Both the position numbers and the translations under genes were made by a program. Under the pieces are notes generated by a model, which did not search any database, was not told the origin of the DNA, and worked only from the letters and a program-made list of their open reading frames with translations. Below are positions 40,773 through 53,680 of a DNA stretch of 64,000 nt, piece after piece. Position 1 is the first letter of the stretch, and the number at the start of each line of letters is the position of its first letter. Source of the stretch: the human T2T-CHM13v2.0 reference genome, Homo sapiens; assembly GCF_009914755.1 (NCBI RefSeq), contig NC_060934.1; one strand, given 5' to 3'.

Positions 40773-41929
40773 CAGGGCATAGGGTTTCCTGTTCTAAGAC
40801 TGAATGTGTTGTCAGCATTTCTACCGTCCTCCCCATATTGAGATTACACACCCTTGGTTTGATGGCTCATAGTGTTTTTCTGGCATTCTTACACACAGTG
40901 ATTTTTTAAAAATTTCATTGATTGCAGTTTGGGGAAATAGAGGGAAAGAGAAAATACAAGATATACTTGCAATTATTCGAGTGAGTGAAATTATTTTATT
41001 ATTTAAAATCTGTGTGTCCTTTTGAAATTCATACATAGATGAGCAAACTACAAAATTAAAGGTTGAACTGTTAATACAGATACATTATCTATGATATTTC
41101 ATTTGGTTGGACATATGTGGTCTGTAACTCAATTTTAGGAGGTGCAGTTTATAAAGTATACAATCCTCTACTATTTGGGAAAACTTTATCAGGTGACTAT
41201 TAATGTCATTTGCTCTGTAATGACACCTTCAGATCTGGTGCAACATAGCTTTTCTGTGTGTATGAACAGTAATGAGGAATAGGCGTGATCGTGGTGCTAC
41301 ATTAGGGATGATAAAATGCCCCACTGGGCTTTAGAAAGCCTCGTTTTACAAATGTGACATTTGCTTAACTATAGGGGCATGGATAGTAAGGCTACAATTA
41401 TGTGAAGAGCTGGAGCAGTATTATTAAAATCTTTTTAAACAACCAATCTCCCCACCCTTTGAATGCTTGTTTTGTCCTTGTAGAAATTGTTTCTGTTTTA
41501 GAGTTGTAATCTTTGGCTGTAGCAGCCAATCCCAGGCCAGGTGCTATTAGGAAAATGATAGAATCTGGGGATGGTTGGCTGGAATCTGGTGCATTTGGCC
41601 CAAATCATTTCCCATGGGAAAAATAAAGCTCCCTCGAATTATGTGTTCACTAACCATACATCTCTGTGACTTGTTATGCAGCGTTCCTACCTGGTCTGCA
41701 GCTAGGATTTGTGGGGTTTTTTTTTTCTGTTATGTTTTCTTTTATTTCTGTTTGGTTTTGCTTTGGGAATGTCTTTTGTTTGCTTTTTGTATCAGCCACA
41801 AGCAATTTTATAACACAGAAGATAAGCAAGGGTTTGCTCTTATTTTGAAAATGGCATTTAATGGAGACTGGACAAATGGTGAATGTCTTCTCCTGAAGTG
41901 TCACCAAAATGATCAAAAGATATAAGCCA

Positions 41930-42255
<326 letters not shown>

Positions 42256-43041
42256 CTATTGCTAGAAATTATTATCTTTTTTGAGAATTTTTCAGTAAGT
42301 GAATATTGGAAACAATAAGTCTTGGAGTGTATAGCCTTTATGTATACCTACAATGCAAGAACTCCAAACTCTTTAAATTAAAATGTATAATCATTGGTCG
42401 AAACAAATTTTTTAATTACTATGGAGGTTTAGTTTTGTATTTTGCTTTTACTGAGGATTAGGTTCATTTTGAAATAAGGTTCTTCTCATAGTTCTGTCTT
42501 ATTTGGTCCATTTAAGCAATTATACTTTGTGTTTGCATCAGTGAGATTTCAGGATAATTTATTTTTTATAGCAACACTGAGAAAAAAGTCACTAGTACTG
42601 TACATTTTCTTGGCCTTCTACACTGATAGGAAGAAAATTTACAACATTAAATTGATATAATTAGTTTTAGATGTAAAGAAGAAACAATAGAATACACACA
42701 TACATGCATATAGCTTATATATGTATTTTTTTAATTGCAATTTACTCAAGAAGTACATATTCTGGGGTAATGTTTTGTTAACTCTAAAATTTTCTTAAAG
42801 TAAATAACGATTTACAATCATCATTGTAAACCTTAATAATGAAAAACATAAAACATCATAGGAAATAAATATATGAACATTGCCCTAAGCCATTTCTAGA
42901 CATTAAAAATTTTATATCTCATATTAATATCATTAATAAAGTGTTTCATTAAACTGTAATAGTAAGAGTAACTCCAATCATTTTAACTTTTTGAAAAGAA
43001 TTTTGTCCTTAATATTTTATGTATGGTCTGTGAGACACTTA

Positions 43042-43389
<348 letters not shown>

Positions 43390-44214
43390 CTAAAAATTAT
43401 AAATGTATGTGACATTTCCTGTCATTTACAGTTACTACTAACTGGTGGTAATTTCAGCATCTTAAAGTATGACATATTAAAGTAATCTATTTTCTACTCA
43501 TCAGTTTCTTCTTTTATTTTCACAAGGAACAGATAGCATTAAGGTTTTGAAATTTAGCAAAGCAACTAGTTAAATGCATTTTAACCCCTGACTTTTTAAA
43601 GCTAATGCTTCATTTACATATGAGATTCTCTTTCTGATCTCTGAGTAGCTCTCGAATAGGAAAGGGAGCTATGAGTAGGTCTTCATCAGCTGGGAGAAGC
43701 CACACAGCTCACTTGGGGAAGTGTTTATTGACCGCTCACTGTGAAAAAGCATTTTGCTAAACATGCAACTTTATAAAAGAAATGAAGTACTTTATCTTTT
43801 TCCTTGAGAAGCAAGATTTATTTCCATAAAGCCACATATGGAAATTGTTTTGGAGTAGGGTTCATTCTGCATGAGAGACTGTAAGAGGCGGTAGTAGGGC
43901 AAGCAGAATATAGAGCTGGCATGCCCTCCTGGGTCTTTCTTCAGATCTCCTTTCATGGTTTTGTTAATTTAGCTAAAATGTCATAAGTTCATAAGCTGTC
44001 ATAATCTGAAACCCAGATAAGTTAGCGAACAATAATTATGATCTCATTACTAGAACTGTACCATGCATGTGTGTACACACTTTATATGCACACACTTTTT
44101 ATATATGGAAACATTTAGATGTTTAAAGAGTCCGAAAATGCACACACTGTCTTTCACTAGCTCTGTTATAAGAGGACTTTCTTTTCACAATGTCTTGATG
44201 AGTCTTGAGTTAGT

Positions 44215-44445
44215 GATCTCCATAACTCTAAATAATAGACAGACAGGTAGGATCACCCTATATCCCCGTTACCGATCTCCATAACCCTAAATAATAGACG
44301 GACAGGCGGGATCACCTTATATCTCTGTTACTGATCTCCATAACCCTAAATAATAGATAGACACATGGGATAACTCTATGTCCTTGTTGCCGATCTCCAT
44401 AATCCTAAAAAATGAATGGCTATGTAGGATAACCATACATCCTTA
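44215..44445. repeat. 59-bp minisatellite, ~4 copies
   Basis: GATCTCCATAAC(T/C)CTAAATAATAGA... at 44215, 44274, 44333, with a more degenerate copy at 44392. Confidence 0.9.
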
Positions 44446-44748
44446 TTTCTGCCTATTGCCTTACATCTTTTCTGGTTTGGGATTTGCTCCATTTTTAAAT
44501 TATTATTAATTTTAACCAAGTGGTGTTTTAAATAAGGCAGGATAGAGGCAGTAGATTTCCACTTGCTGGTTCCAGTTTCCCCTGAGAAGAGAGGTGCCAC
44601 TCTCATACCTGCCTGCATCTGGAAAATCGGCGTTAGTAGTTCTTCCCTCCCTTCCCCAGTGTAACCAACCCCACACCTCCAGGAGCAGCAACTCACTATT
44701 CAGTAACGGGAGAAAGAGCAAGCGACACTGGGTGTGTCAGGTCCCTGG

Positions 44749-45112
44749 TGATCTGGTTGGGCTGTGTCCCCACCCAAATCTCATCTTGAACTGTAGCTCC
44801 CATAATCCCCACGTGTTGTGGGAGGAACCCAGTCAAAGGTAATTGAATCATGGAGGCGGGTCTTTCCCATGCTGTTCTCGTGATAGTGAATAAGTCTCAT
44901 GAGATCTGATGGTTTTAAAAAGGGGAGTTCCCCTGCACATATTGTCTTGCCTGCTACCTTGTAAGGGGTAACTTTGCCCCTCATTCACCTTCTGCCATGA
45001 CTGTGAGACCTTCCCAGCCACATGGAACTGTGACTCCATTAAACCTCTTTCCTTTATAATTTACCCAGTCTTGCATATGTCTTTATTAGCAGTGTGAGAA
45101 CAGACTAATACA
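44749..45112 (+). mobile_element. THE1C-like solo LTR
   Basis: TGATCTGGTTGGGCTGTGTCCCCACCCAAATCTCATC...GAGAACAGACTAATACA; perfect 5-bp TSD CCTGG. Confidence 0.95.
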
Positions 45113-46034
45113 CCTGGTGTCGGACACTGCCTGCCTACAGTGACTGTTGGAGCTGCTGCTGGTCACACGTATGCTTGGTCCATATGAAGCCTGTGAAATG
45201 CATCCAGCAAGTTGCAGGAAACCAGGAAATTATAGGTGTGCTGTATTTAAAAGACAGGTGAGAAGAAGCTCAGCTCCTCTTGCCATCAAGAGTTTATGGA
45301 GTCATTGATATTCCCAACCAGCAGTGCTGCTGTTTGTCACATGGTTTAAATCTACAATGATTTCCTTAATAAGCCCTTTGGGAAGCAATGAACTAAAAAT
45401 TAAAGCATATGTTTGTTGAAAAATTAAGCATTAAATTTCCTCTGCTCAAAAGAAAAAAAAAACAATAAATATCTACCCTGCACAAAGTGTTTGTTGAGAA
45501 CTGCCATCTATTGCTGTGTGCAATGACCACAGGGAGCTCAAAAGCCACGTTTCTGCTGAAGGTGACTGGGGTTGCCTTCAGAAGTCAGCCATCCTTTTAA
45601 GAACTCTGCATCTAGGATGGATGACACTGTGGCCTACCCAGCCCAGTGACCTCTCACCATGAAGCCCTACTCCCTTCATTGGTGACCATTCTTCAGCCAG
45701 CGAGTAAACCTTCTGATATGGCCCTAGGTTGCTGACTACTAACATTTCTTCCGCCTTTCTCCATTGTTCTTGAGCAGGATCAGGGACCCCCCCACTGAAG
45801 ATCTTTCAAAACAGATTTGGAGCGATCTGCTCCTCTCCTCCTGAATCTCATCCTCCACTGAGTCCCAGCCACCACCTGATGCCAGAACTGAATTTCCACT
45901 TTATTTCTCCTTATATTATAAAGGTGCCCCTTTATTTTCCATGCATTTATTTCCACAGGATTCTGTGTACATTGTGGGAATAGTCTTTGGGTTTATTCAA
46001 TTTCTGTATTATGAATTAGAATCCTATGTATATT

Positions 46035-46290
46035 TTTAAAATTTAAAATGATTGAGTATAACATACACACAGAAAGCTGCAAAAATATTCATTGTAGAGC
46101 TCAATGAATTGTGCCCCACGAGTCTGCTCAAGCAGCCACCATCCGGATCATGATACAGGTTGCTTCAGAGCCCTGGGGCGCTCCTGCATGGCCCCTCGCA
46201 TCGGTTAATAACCCCCAGAGGTAAGGACTCTCGTGACTTACTGTAGGAGCAAGGGAGTGGAAGTGATTTTCTATTAAGTTCCATCTGTCA
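46035..46290 (-). mobile_element. Ancient L1 (L1ME-type) 3' end fragment
   Basis: ATTGAGTATAACATACACACAGAAAGCTGCA...GTAGAGCTCAATGAATT...AGCCACCATCCGGATCATGATACAG. Confidence 0.65.
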
Positions 46291-47452
46291 TTTGTGAGGG
46301 CTGCATCTTGGGGCTGTAGCTCTCTGGGACTTTTGGCAGGCCAAGGATTTCCTGCAGCCAGAGATATCCCTCCGGCAGGACTGCAGGTCCCAGTGCAGAG
46401 GGTAGAAGCCAATAGGTGCACAGAGCAATGAGGTCTGCAGGTGGAGAGGCTCTTGCCCTACATTATATTCAATCTGTCTTGCTACTGATTGTTTAAAGAG
46501 GCAGAAAGTTACAATTACTTTAGCTAAAAAGGCAATGAAAGAGGCTGATTCACAGAATAAAAATGATCCTTCCCACGGCCCTGGCCCTGGCTCCATACTT
46601 GCAATTCACTTTCATCCTCAGTCCCATCTGCTGCTCCAGGTCCCTCAACCCCAGCAGCAGGTTCATTGGTCTTTATTGTTTGCCAGGGGGGTCAGTAAGA
46701 TCAGCATATCTCAGGAGGAGTGAGGCTCTGGTTACGGTGCCTGGGTCAGACAGCAGCCATTGCAATCCCCTGTTGACAGGGGTCATTGTGAGTGAAGCAG
46801 CCAATGCAAAGATCCTAGAGGACCCCTTGAGTTTCAGACACAGAATTTCCTTCCTGTCCCCACAAAGTAGCAAGAAACCAATTTCTGCATGATGATCAGT
46901 CTTCATCACCCTTCCTGACATAGCAACGCTTTTCTGCCCATAAGGGTGTTCATAATTTTGGGAACTCTGTGGTCTCTGAATTGCAATCAAGTGGAAGTAA
47001 GAACAAGAGGCCACAAGTAACCCCTGCCCTGTTATCCTGAGGACTAAAGAGAGATGTCCTTAAAACACTGTGTGTGTTCTCCTTCCTGAGCCCAGTGGCT
47101 TCCTGCAGCTAGAGGAAGCCTCTGGCAGAAGCACAGCAATGGCTGCCACTGGCATTTTGGGATAACGGCTCTGGAAGAGAGGTTGGGGGACGGCAAGGTC
47201 AGGCTGTCCACATGGGAAATTCAACCAGAAGAATGACTTTCAGCCATAGTGTTATGCTTTCAGAATTTCTGATAAAGATGTGAAAACAGATAAAGTAGAT
47301 GAAAGAGAAGCATGCTTTCCATAGCATGCAATAATTCCTTTTCTATATTAATATTATTTCCTCAGTGTGATAGTTTACCCAGAAATACATATATGCTTTA
47401 AAAATCAAAATATAAAAAGGTAAGAATTTAGAAGTCATATTTTCATCTCCAC

Positions 47453-48180
<728 letters not shown>

Positions 48181-48999
48181 ACTCCTCTGTTAGTTTCTTA
48201 CACACACTTTCCAAGTTTCCTCAAGCAGCTCCAGAAGAGTACAACAGCGTAAGTGGACACGTTTCTTCCCAAACAGCACATTTGTCCTGGGTTGGGCATT
48301 TCTTTTTTTCACTGAAAAATATACCCACATCTGCACACAGAGAGCTCCCCAATCCTTTTAAACCATTCCATGATGTCTTATATGGGTTCTCAGGGAAGCA
48401 AAGTTGGAGACAAGACTGGATGCCCAGGCTGTATCTGGGAGGAATCTGAGAGAAGGGCAGGAAGGGGTAAGTCACTAAAACTCCGCAGTATGAGCCAATT
48501 GCCAGCATAGACCCTAGAAAGCAGCCCCAGGTGTCCCGCTGCAAACCCAGCAGCACGAACCTCAGCTATGGCCCCAAAGGGCAGGAGCTGGACCCTGTTT
48601 CCCAGAGTCCTGTTCCCTCTTGATGGAAGGCTATCCTTCAGAAAGGGGATACGTGTCCCCCACCTCTCCATGTGCCTGTGCCTGGGCGGAGCTGCCTTCC
48701 AAGGTTCAGGAGAAAGCCCCAGCAGGTGCTTGTGCTGGGAGCCTCCAGCCTCCTCCAACCCCTCCAGCACAGCACAGCCAGCCAGACAGAAGCACAGGGA
48801 GGCAGCAGTACCTGCTGGACCCCAGGGCCTCTGCTGCACAGGCTGGGCCACCGGGCTTGCCAGGGGCTGACTATACAGACCCCTGCTGATGGCATTCGGT
48901 TATTTCTAATAGAATCCAGCAATATGCAATCCTGTACATCTGCCGTTTAATGTGTGTTAATTTGTATTTCTCTGAGAAACAGAACCAAAATAATGCACA

Positions 49000-49137
49000 T
49001 GAATAGATAGAGGATAGATAGATGACAGGTAGAGAGATGTAGATGATAGATGGTGGATGATCGGTAGATAGACAGATGACAGGTGGATAGATGACAGGAA
49101 GATAGAAAGCTAAATGATAGACCGATAGTAGATAGAG

Positions 49138-49181
<44 letters not shown>

Positions 49182-49870
49182 ATTGATGGATAATCAAAGG
49201 ATGATAGAGATAGATGGCAGGTGTATAGATGATAGGTAGATAGAAAGCTAAATAATAGCGAGTAGATAGACGATAGATGGATAGACAGATAGATATATGT
49301 TTGATGGATGATAGAGATAGATGACAGGTGGATAGATGATAGGTAGATAGAAAGCTAAATGATAGGTAGTAGATAGATGATAGATAGATAGATAGAAGGA
49401 TAGAAAATAGATGGATAATCAATGGATGATAGAGACAGATAGCAGGCGGATAGACGATAGGTAGATAGAAAGGTAAGTAATATACAGGTAGTAGAGAGAT
49501 AGATGATAGATAGATAGATAGATAATTGATGGATGATAGAGATGGATGACAGGAGGGTAGATGATAGGTAGATAGAAAGCTAAATGATACACAGGTGGTA
49601 GATAGGTAGATGACAGATGGATAGATACATAATCATTGGATGACAGAGATGGATGGCGGGTGGATAGATGGTAGGTAGATAGAAAGCTAAATGGTAGACA
49701 GGTAGTAGATAGATAGATAGATAGATAGACAGATAGATAGATAGATGATGGATAATCAATGGATGATAGGGTGGGTGACAGGTGGATAGATGGTGGGTAG
49801 ATAGAAAGCTAAGTAATAGACAGGTAGTAGATAGGTAGATGATAGGTAGATAGATAGGTGACAGAGATGA
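49000..49870. repeat. Complex (GATA)n/(GATG)n array with higher-order blocks
   Basis: GATAGAAAG(C/G)TAA anchors at about 49101, 49239, 49346, 49464, 49571, 49678, 49800, separated by variable GATA runs. Confidence 0.95.
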
Positions 49871-50101
49871 CAAGGAATTGGCTCATGTGATTGTGGAACC
49901 TGGGGAGTTGGCAATATCCAGCTTGGGCTGCAGGGGAGCCTGGGCTGCGGTGTCCTCTGAGTGCCTTCTGCTGGGGAAGTTTTCTTGCTCCGGGGATGTC
50001 AGTCTTCGTTCTATTCAAGATTTTAACTGATAGGATGAGGCCCACCCCCATTAGTGGAGCAATCTGCTGACTCAGCGTTCACTGATTTAAACGTTCATCT
50101 C

Positions 50102-50187
50102 GGGTTGGCTTCAGCAGCATATGCAGTAAGGTCAAAAGAACACAAAGAACATTAACATGGCCCCTGCACAAGGACGACACGCAAATT
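50102..50187 (+). pseudogene. RNU6: U6 snRNA pseudogene, nt 1-86 (5' moiety of chimeric retrocopy)
   Basis: Ungapped alignment to U6 (GTGCTCGCTTCGGCAGCA...ATTAGCATGGCCCCTGCGCAAGGATGACACGCAAATT), about 65/86 identities by hand, starting exactly at U6 +1. Confidence 0.9.
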
Positions 50188-50491
50188 TGCCATGAGCCTG
50201 TATCTCTCCATCACACACAGGGGAGGATTGCACGTAGGAGCTCTTTGACTTCCTGGATGCAAGGGACGATTGTGCGGCCCCAAAGCTCTTTAACAACTTG
50301 AAATAAAATGTTCAGACGTACTCACCCCAGCCTTCATCGCTTGGGCATGAGGATATCCTCTTACAGCTTTGAATATGGCATTTGATTCTTATTTGTATGA
50401 ACCTCATTGATTTTGGCTTTGGCTAGTAGCTTCTATGTAATTAGTAGTGATCTGCAAAAATAAAATAAAATAAATAAATAAATAAATAAAT
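50188..50491 (+). pseudogene. UQCRH: Processed pseudogene fragment of UQCRH (complex III hinge protein): 3' CDS, 3' UTR and poly(A)
   Basis: Translation [32 protein letters not shown] matches the UQCRH C-terminus ([33 protein letters not shown]). Premature TAG at 50235-50237, native TAA at 50304-50306, A-rich tail at 50456-50491. Confidence 0.9.
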
Positions 50492-51349
50492 AAATGCTAA
50501 TCCCATTCAAAAATAGCCTTCAAGTTGACGCCTAAAAAGAACTGTCACAGTGCAGGTGCAAGAATTTCTACATGATAAATTCCCTTAAATGGGAATTACT
50601 ACATCATGCTTTTTCTCCTGTCTGCTTCTCTTATTTCATTAAATAATGATAATACTGGAAATGTCTGTTTTGTCTATGATTTTAGAAGAAATGTTTTAAA
50701 TTTTAATTCATAAAGCTTGATGATATTATTTGGGGGCAAAACAAATGTATTTAATTCCATTTCTATTATATCCACAGCCTTCTATGTTGAGCACTTTCTC
50801 TAAGTATAGTCATGAATTGTTATTAATTGCATGATAAGCATCATGCTGTATTTCTTCTTAGTTCTATTAATATGAGGAATGTATTAACATCACATTATCT
50901 TTCCACTGCTGGACTAAATCTCACATGGTTGTGATGTATTGTTACTTTAATGCTGGGTCCTGTTTGCTCATATTTTATATAGGATTTAAGTAGTGATATT
51001 TATTATTAAAATCATTATAATTTTACATTATTGTACAGTATTTGTTGTGTTTCGTGTGATTGCATTGTTACTGCATGAGAATAATTATTTTCAGAATAAG
51101 AAATACGTGAACTAACTCATCTTAAAAAATCTCTCTTTACCTCTTCTCCCAATTTTTGTTGCCTAATTGCACCGCTGGAAAATACAATGAAATGGTCGTA
51201 ATTCCACTCATTTTCTCCTTTGCTTTTGTTTGAGGCTGACCTTAGGCCTATTTAGTGCTCATTGGCAGTATTTTATTTTCTTAAAAACTCCTGTCCTCAC
51301 TTGGTGGTTTCAGTTCTTTCTCTAGCAATTTTCTCAAAAAGGCTTGTGT

Positions 51350-51645
51350 GAGCAATGCTCGATAGTCCTGGGAGCAACGTTCGGTACTCCTGGGAGCAAA
51401 CTTTGGTATTCCTGGGAGCAATATTCGGTATTCCTGGGAGCAACGTTCGGTATTCCTGGGAGCAACGTTCCGTATTCCTGGGAGCAATGCTCGGTATTCC
51501 TGGGAGCAACGTTTTGTATTCTTGTTTGCAACGCTTGTTATTCCTATGAGCAAAGTTCGGTATCCCTGCGAGCAAAGTTCGGTATTCCTACGAGCAATGT
51601 TTGGTATTCCCGAGCAATGCTTGGTATTCCTGAGAACAATGTTCA
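51350..51645. repeat. 22-bp CpG-containing minisatellite, ~13 copies
   Basis: GAGCAACGTTCGGTATTCCTGG-type unit at 51350, 51372, 51394, 51416 and onward. Confidence 0.96.
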
Positions 51646-52505
51646 ATTTCCTGTTTGATGATCACTCTATGGGCGTAGCCTTTAGAGCTGAAAGGTACTT
51701 ACCTGTGTATGAGATCCTCACTGCAACCTCTTTTCCACAAGCACCTGTGCAGTTGTCATCAAAGGTGGTTGTCAACACTTGACGAAAGATGTATTTTCCC
51801 TCCCTCAAATTCTATGTGAGCTTTTTGTCTGCTCCTCAAAAGTCTTTTTCTTAATTGTCACATAGTTTTTCTACTTTGTACATCCATAAGCTCAATGGTC
51901 ATATTTATTTTGCTCAGTTCTCAGTAGACCACGGTGTGCTCTTTCAGGAAGCAGATTTAAGCCTTCTATCTTAAGAATATATTTTGAATTTTACATTAAA
52001 TCGTTATTCTGTTTCCCTGCACTGGTTGTCTTTTTGAATAACTTAAATTAGTTGTCCATTGCACCAGCTTGCTTTCTTGTATATCTGTTGTCTGGGATCC
52101 CTACTGTTTGGGTCCATCCACCGTTCCCATCCCAGCCCCCAGGACTTACTGTGAGGCTGAGGTTGGTAGTGGTGGTGACGGTTCACCCCCTCCCTGAGCT
52201 TCTCAGGTCCAGCCTTCATTCCTGAAATGATGTTGCCTTTATCCACACTTTTTCTAAGACCATCAGCCCTTATTTCACCTTTCCACATTGTGCAGACATC
52301 AAATCCTGTTGTCAAACTGTCCTTTCTTAGATCTTACATTTCTACATTGTGCTGTATTTGTCTGACTTTTACTGTGTTATAATAACGTTTTTCTCAATTC
52401 ACGTTGGAGTGTTGGATTGTAATTTTATTTTCTCTGTGGATTTTTTTTGCATGTTTCTAATATATAAAGGAGCATTACTCCTCTTTCTTACAGAATGTCC
52501 TAACC

Positions 52506-52721
52506 CAGACGTGTCCAATCTTTTGGCTTCCCTAGGCTGCACCAGAAGAAGAAGAATCGTCTTGGGCCACACATAAAATATATTAACACCAACAATAGCT
52601 GATGAGCTAATAAAAAATCACAGTAAAATCTCATAATGTTTTCAGAAAGTTTATGAATTTGTGTTGGGCCACATTTAAAGTCGTCCTGGGCTGCATGTGG
52701 CCTGCAGATTGAACAAGCCTG
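52506..52721 (+). mobile_element. MER30 (hAT-Charlie non-autonomous DNA transposon)
   Basis: CAGACGTGTCCAATCTTTTGGCTTCCCT...GAAGAAGAATCGTCTTGGGCCACACATAAAATA...TTGAACAAGCCTG; 8-bp TSD-like TCCTAACC/TCCTAGAC. Confidence 0.9.
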
Positions 52722-53215
52722 TCCTAGACCACGTTTGTAGAAGTTACGTTTATTTATTTTTAAAATTCACACATAAATAAGTTTCATTTTCCTAAACTTG
52801 CTCTGAGAAGCACAGTCATGGAGAGACAGTGATGGAAAGAACTTCCAGATTTCTCAGCTCATCAGCTTCCTTAGATATTTACTCCTGTTGCAAAAACTCA
52901 TTTATGTAACCGGGGGCTTCTCTGTCCGGGGGCTTCTGTTTCCAGAGACACTGTTTCTCGTAGCCACACCCGATTCATGAGGGTTTCTGCATCCGGCCCT
53001 AGTATCTCCTCCAAGGTGGCTGCTGCCCTCCAGTCATGTTCTGGAGAGAAGGTTGCTGTGCCTGAGGGTCTCCCTCTAGCCTCCTTGATTCTGGAAATAT
53101 CCATTCTCTAATCAGCCTCCTTTCTCTAATCAGCATATCCGCAGTGTACCACAATACCCAGCAGTTCCTCCAGGAAGTGGGATCCTTGCCTCTGGGAATG
53201 AACACTTCCTGATGC

Positions 53216-53680
53216 TGAGATATGAGGCAGGACCAACTCCAGAGGTGGGGTTCGGACACAGGACCAAACTGAGGACCATCTAACACAGGGCTGAGACAAA
53301 AACAGCTTTCCAACAGCACGTCCACCAGCGCACCCTGTCAGTTCACCATCACCAGGGCAATACTCGGGATGACCCAGGGACCCCAAAAGGACTACCCCTT
53401 CCCTAGAGATTTCTGCCTAAACCAGCCCCGATCTGCACGTTATCGAAAGTGGGTATAAATAGGACTGTGGCCCTGCCCTGAGCTGCTGCTCTCTGTCCGT
53501 GGGGTAGCCTTGCAGGAGCAGTCACTAGCTGTACTGTCATCAGAGCTGTAACGCTGCCTCTTTAAGAAAGCTGTACTCTACCTTTCACTCTACCACCAGT
53601 TTGCCCCTGCATTCTTTCCTGAAGGAAGCCCAGAACCCTCCCAGGCTCTGCCCACTTTGGGGCTCCCCTGCCCTATACCA
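53216..53680 (+). mobile_element. ERV1-class solo LTR (MER50-like)
   Basis: ACTCCAGAGGTGGGGTTCGGACACAGGACCAAACTGAGGAC; TATA-like GGGTATAAATA near 53451; ends CCACTTTGGGGCTCCCCTGCCCTATACCA. Confidence 0.8.

Larger units (their letters stand above)
48953..50549 (-). mobile_element. MLT2 (B-D type, ERVL) LTR, split by a GATA-repeat expansion and a U6/UQCRH retrocopy
   Basis: TCTCTGAGAAACAGAACCA at the start; AAGGAATTGGCTCATGTGATTGTGGA; GGATGAGGCCCACCCCCATT..GCAATCTGCT..ACTCA..GTTCACTGATTTAAA; resumes at 50505 and ends AAGTTGACGCCTAAAAAGAACTGTCACA. Confidence 0.85.

Noticed and set aside
48871-49873. 183-aa and 97-aa Ile/Tyr/Leu/Ser-rich ORFs
   Set aside because: They are translations of the (TATC)n array.
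50102-50187. Functional U6 snRNA gene
   Set aside because: It is 3'-truncated, about 24% diverged, has a mutated ACAGAGA box, and the upstream sequence is LTR with no evident PSE/TATA.
51281-51782. Cluster of ORFs and a possible CRISPR-like array
   Set aside because: This is a 22-bp VNTR without spacers; the ORFs are repeat translations.
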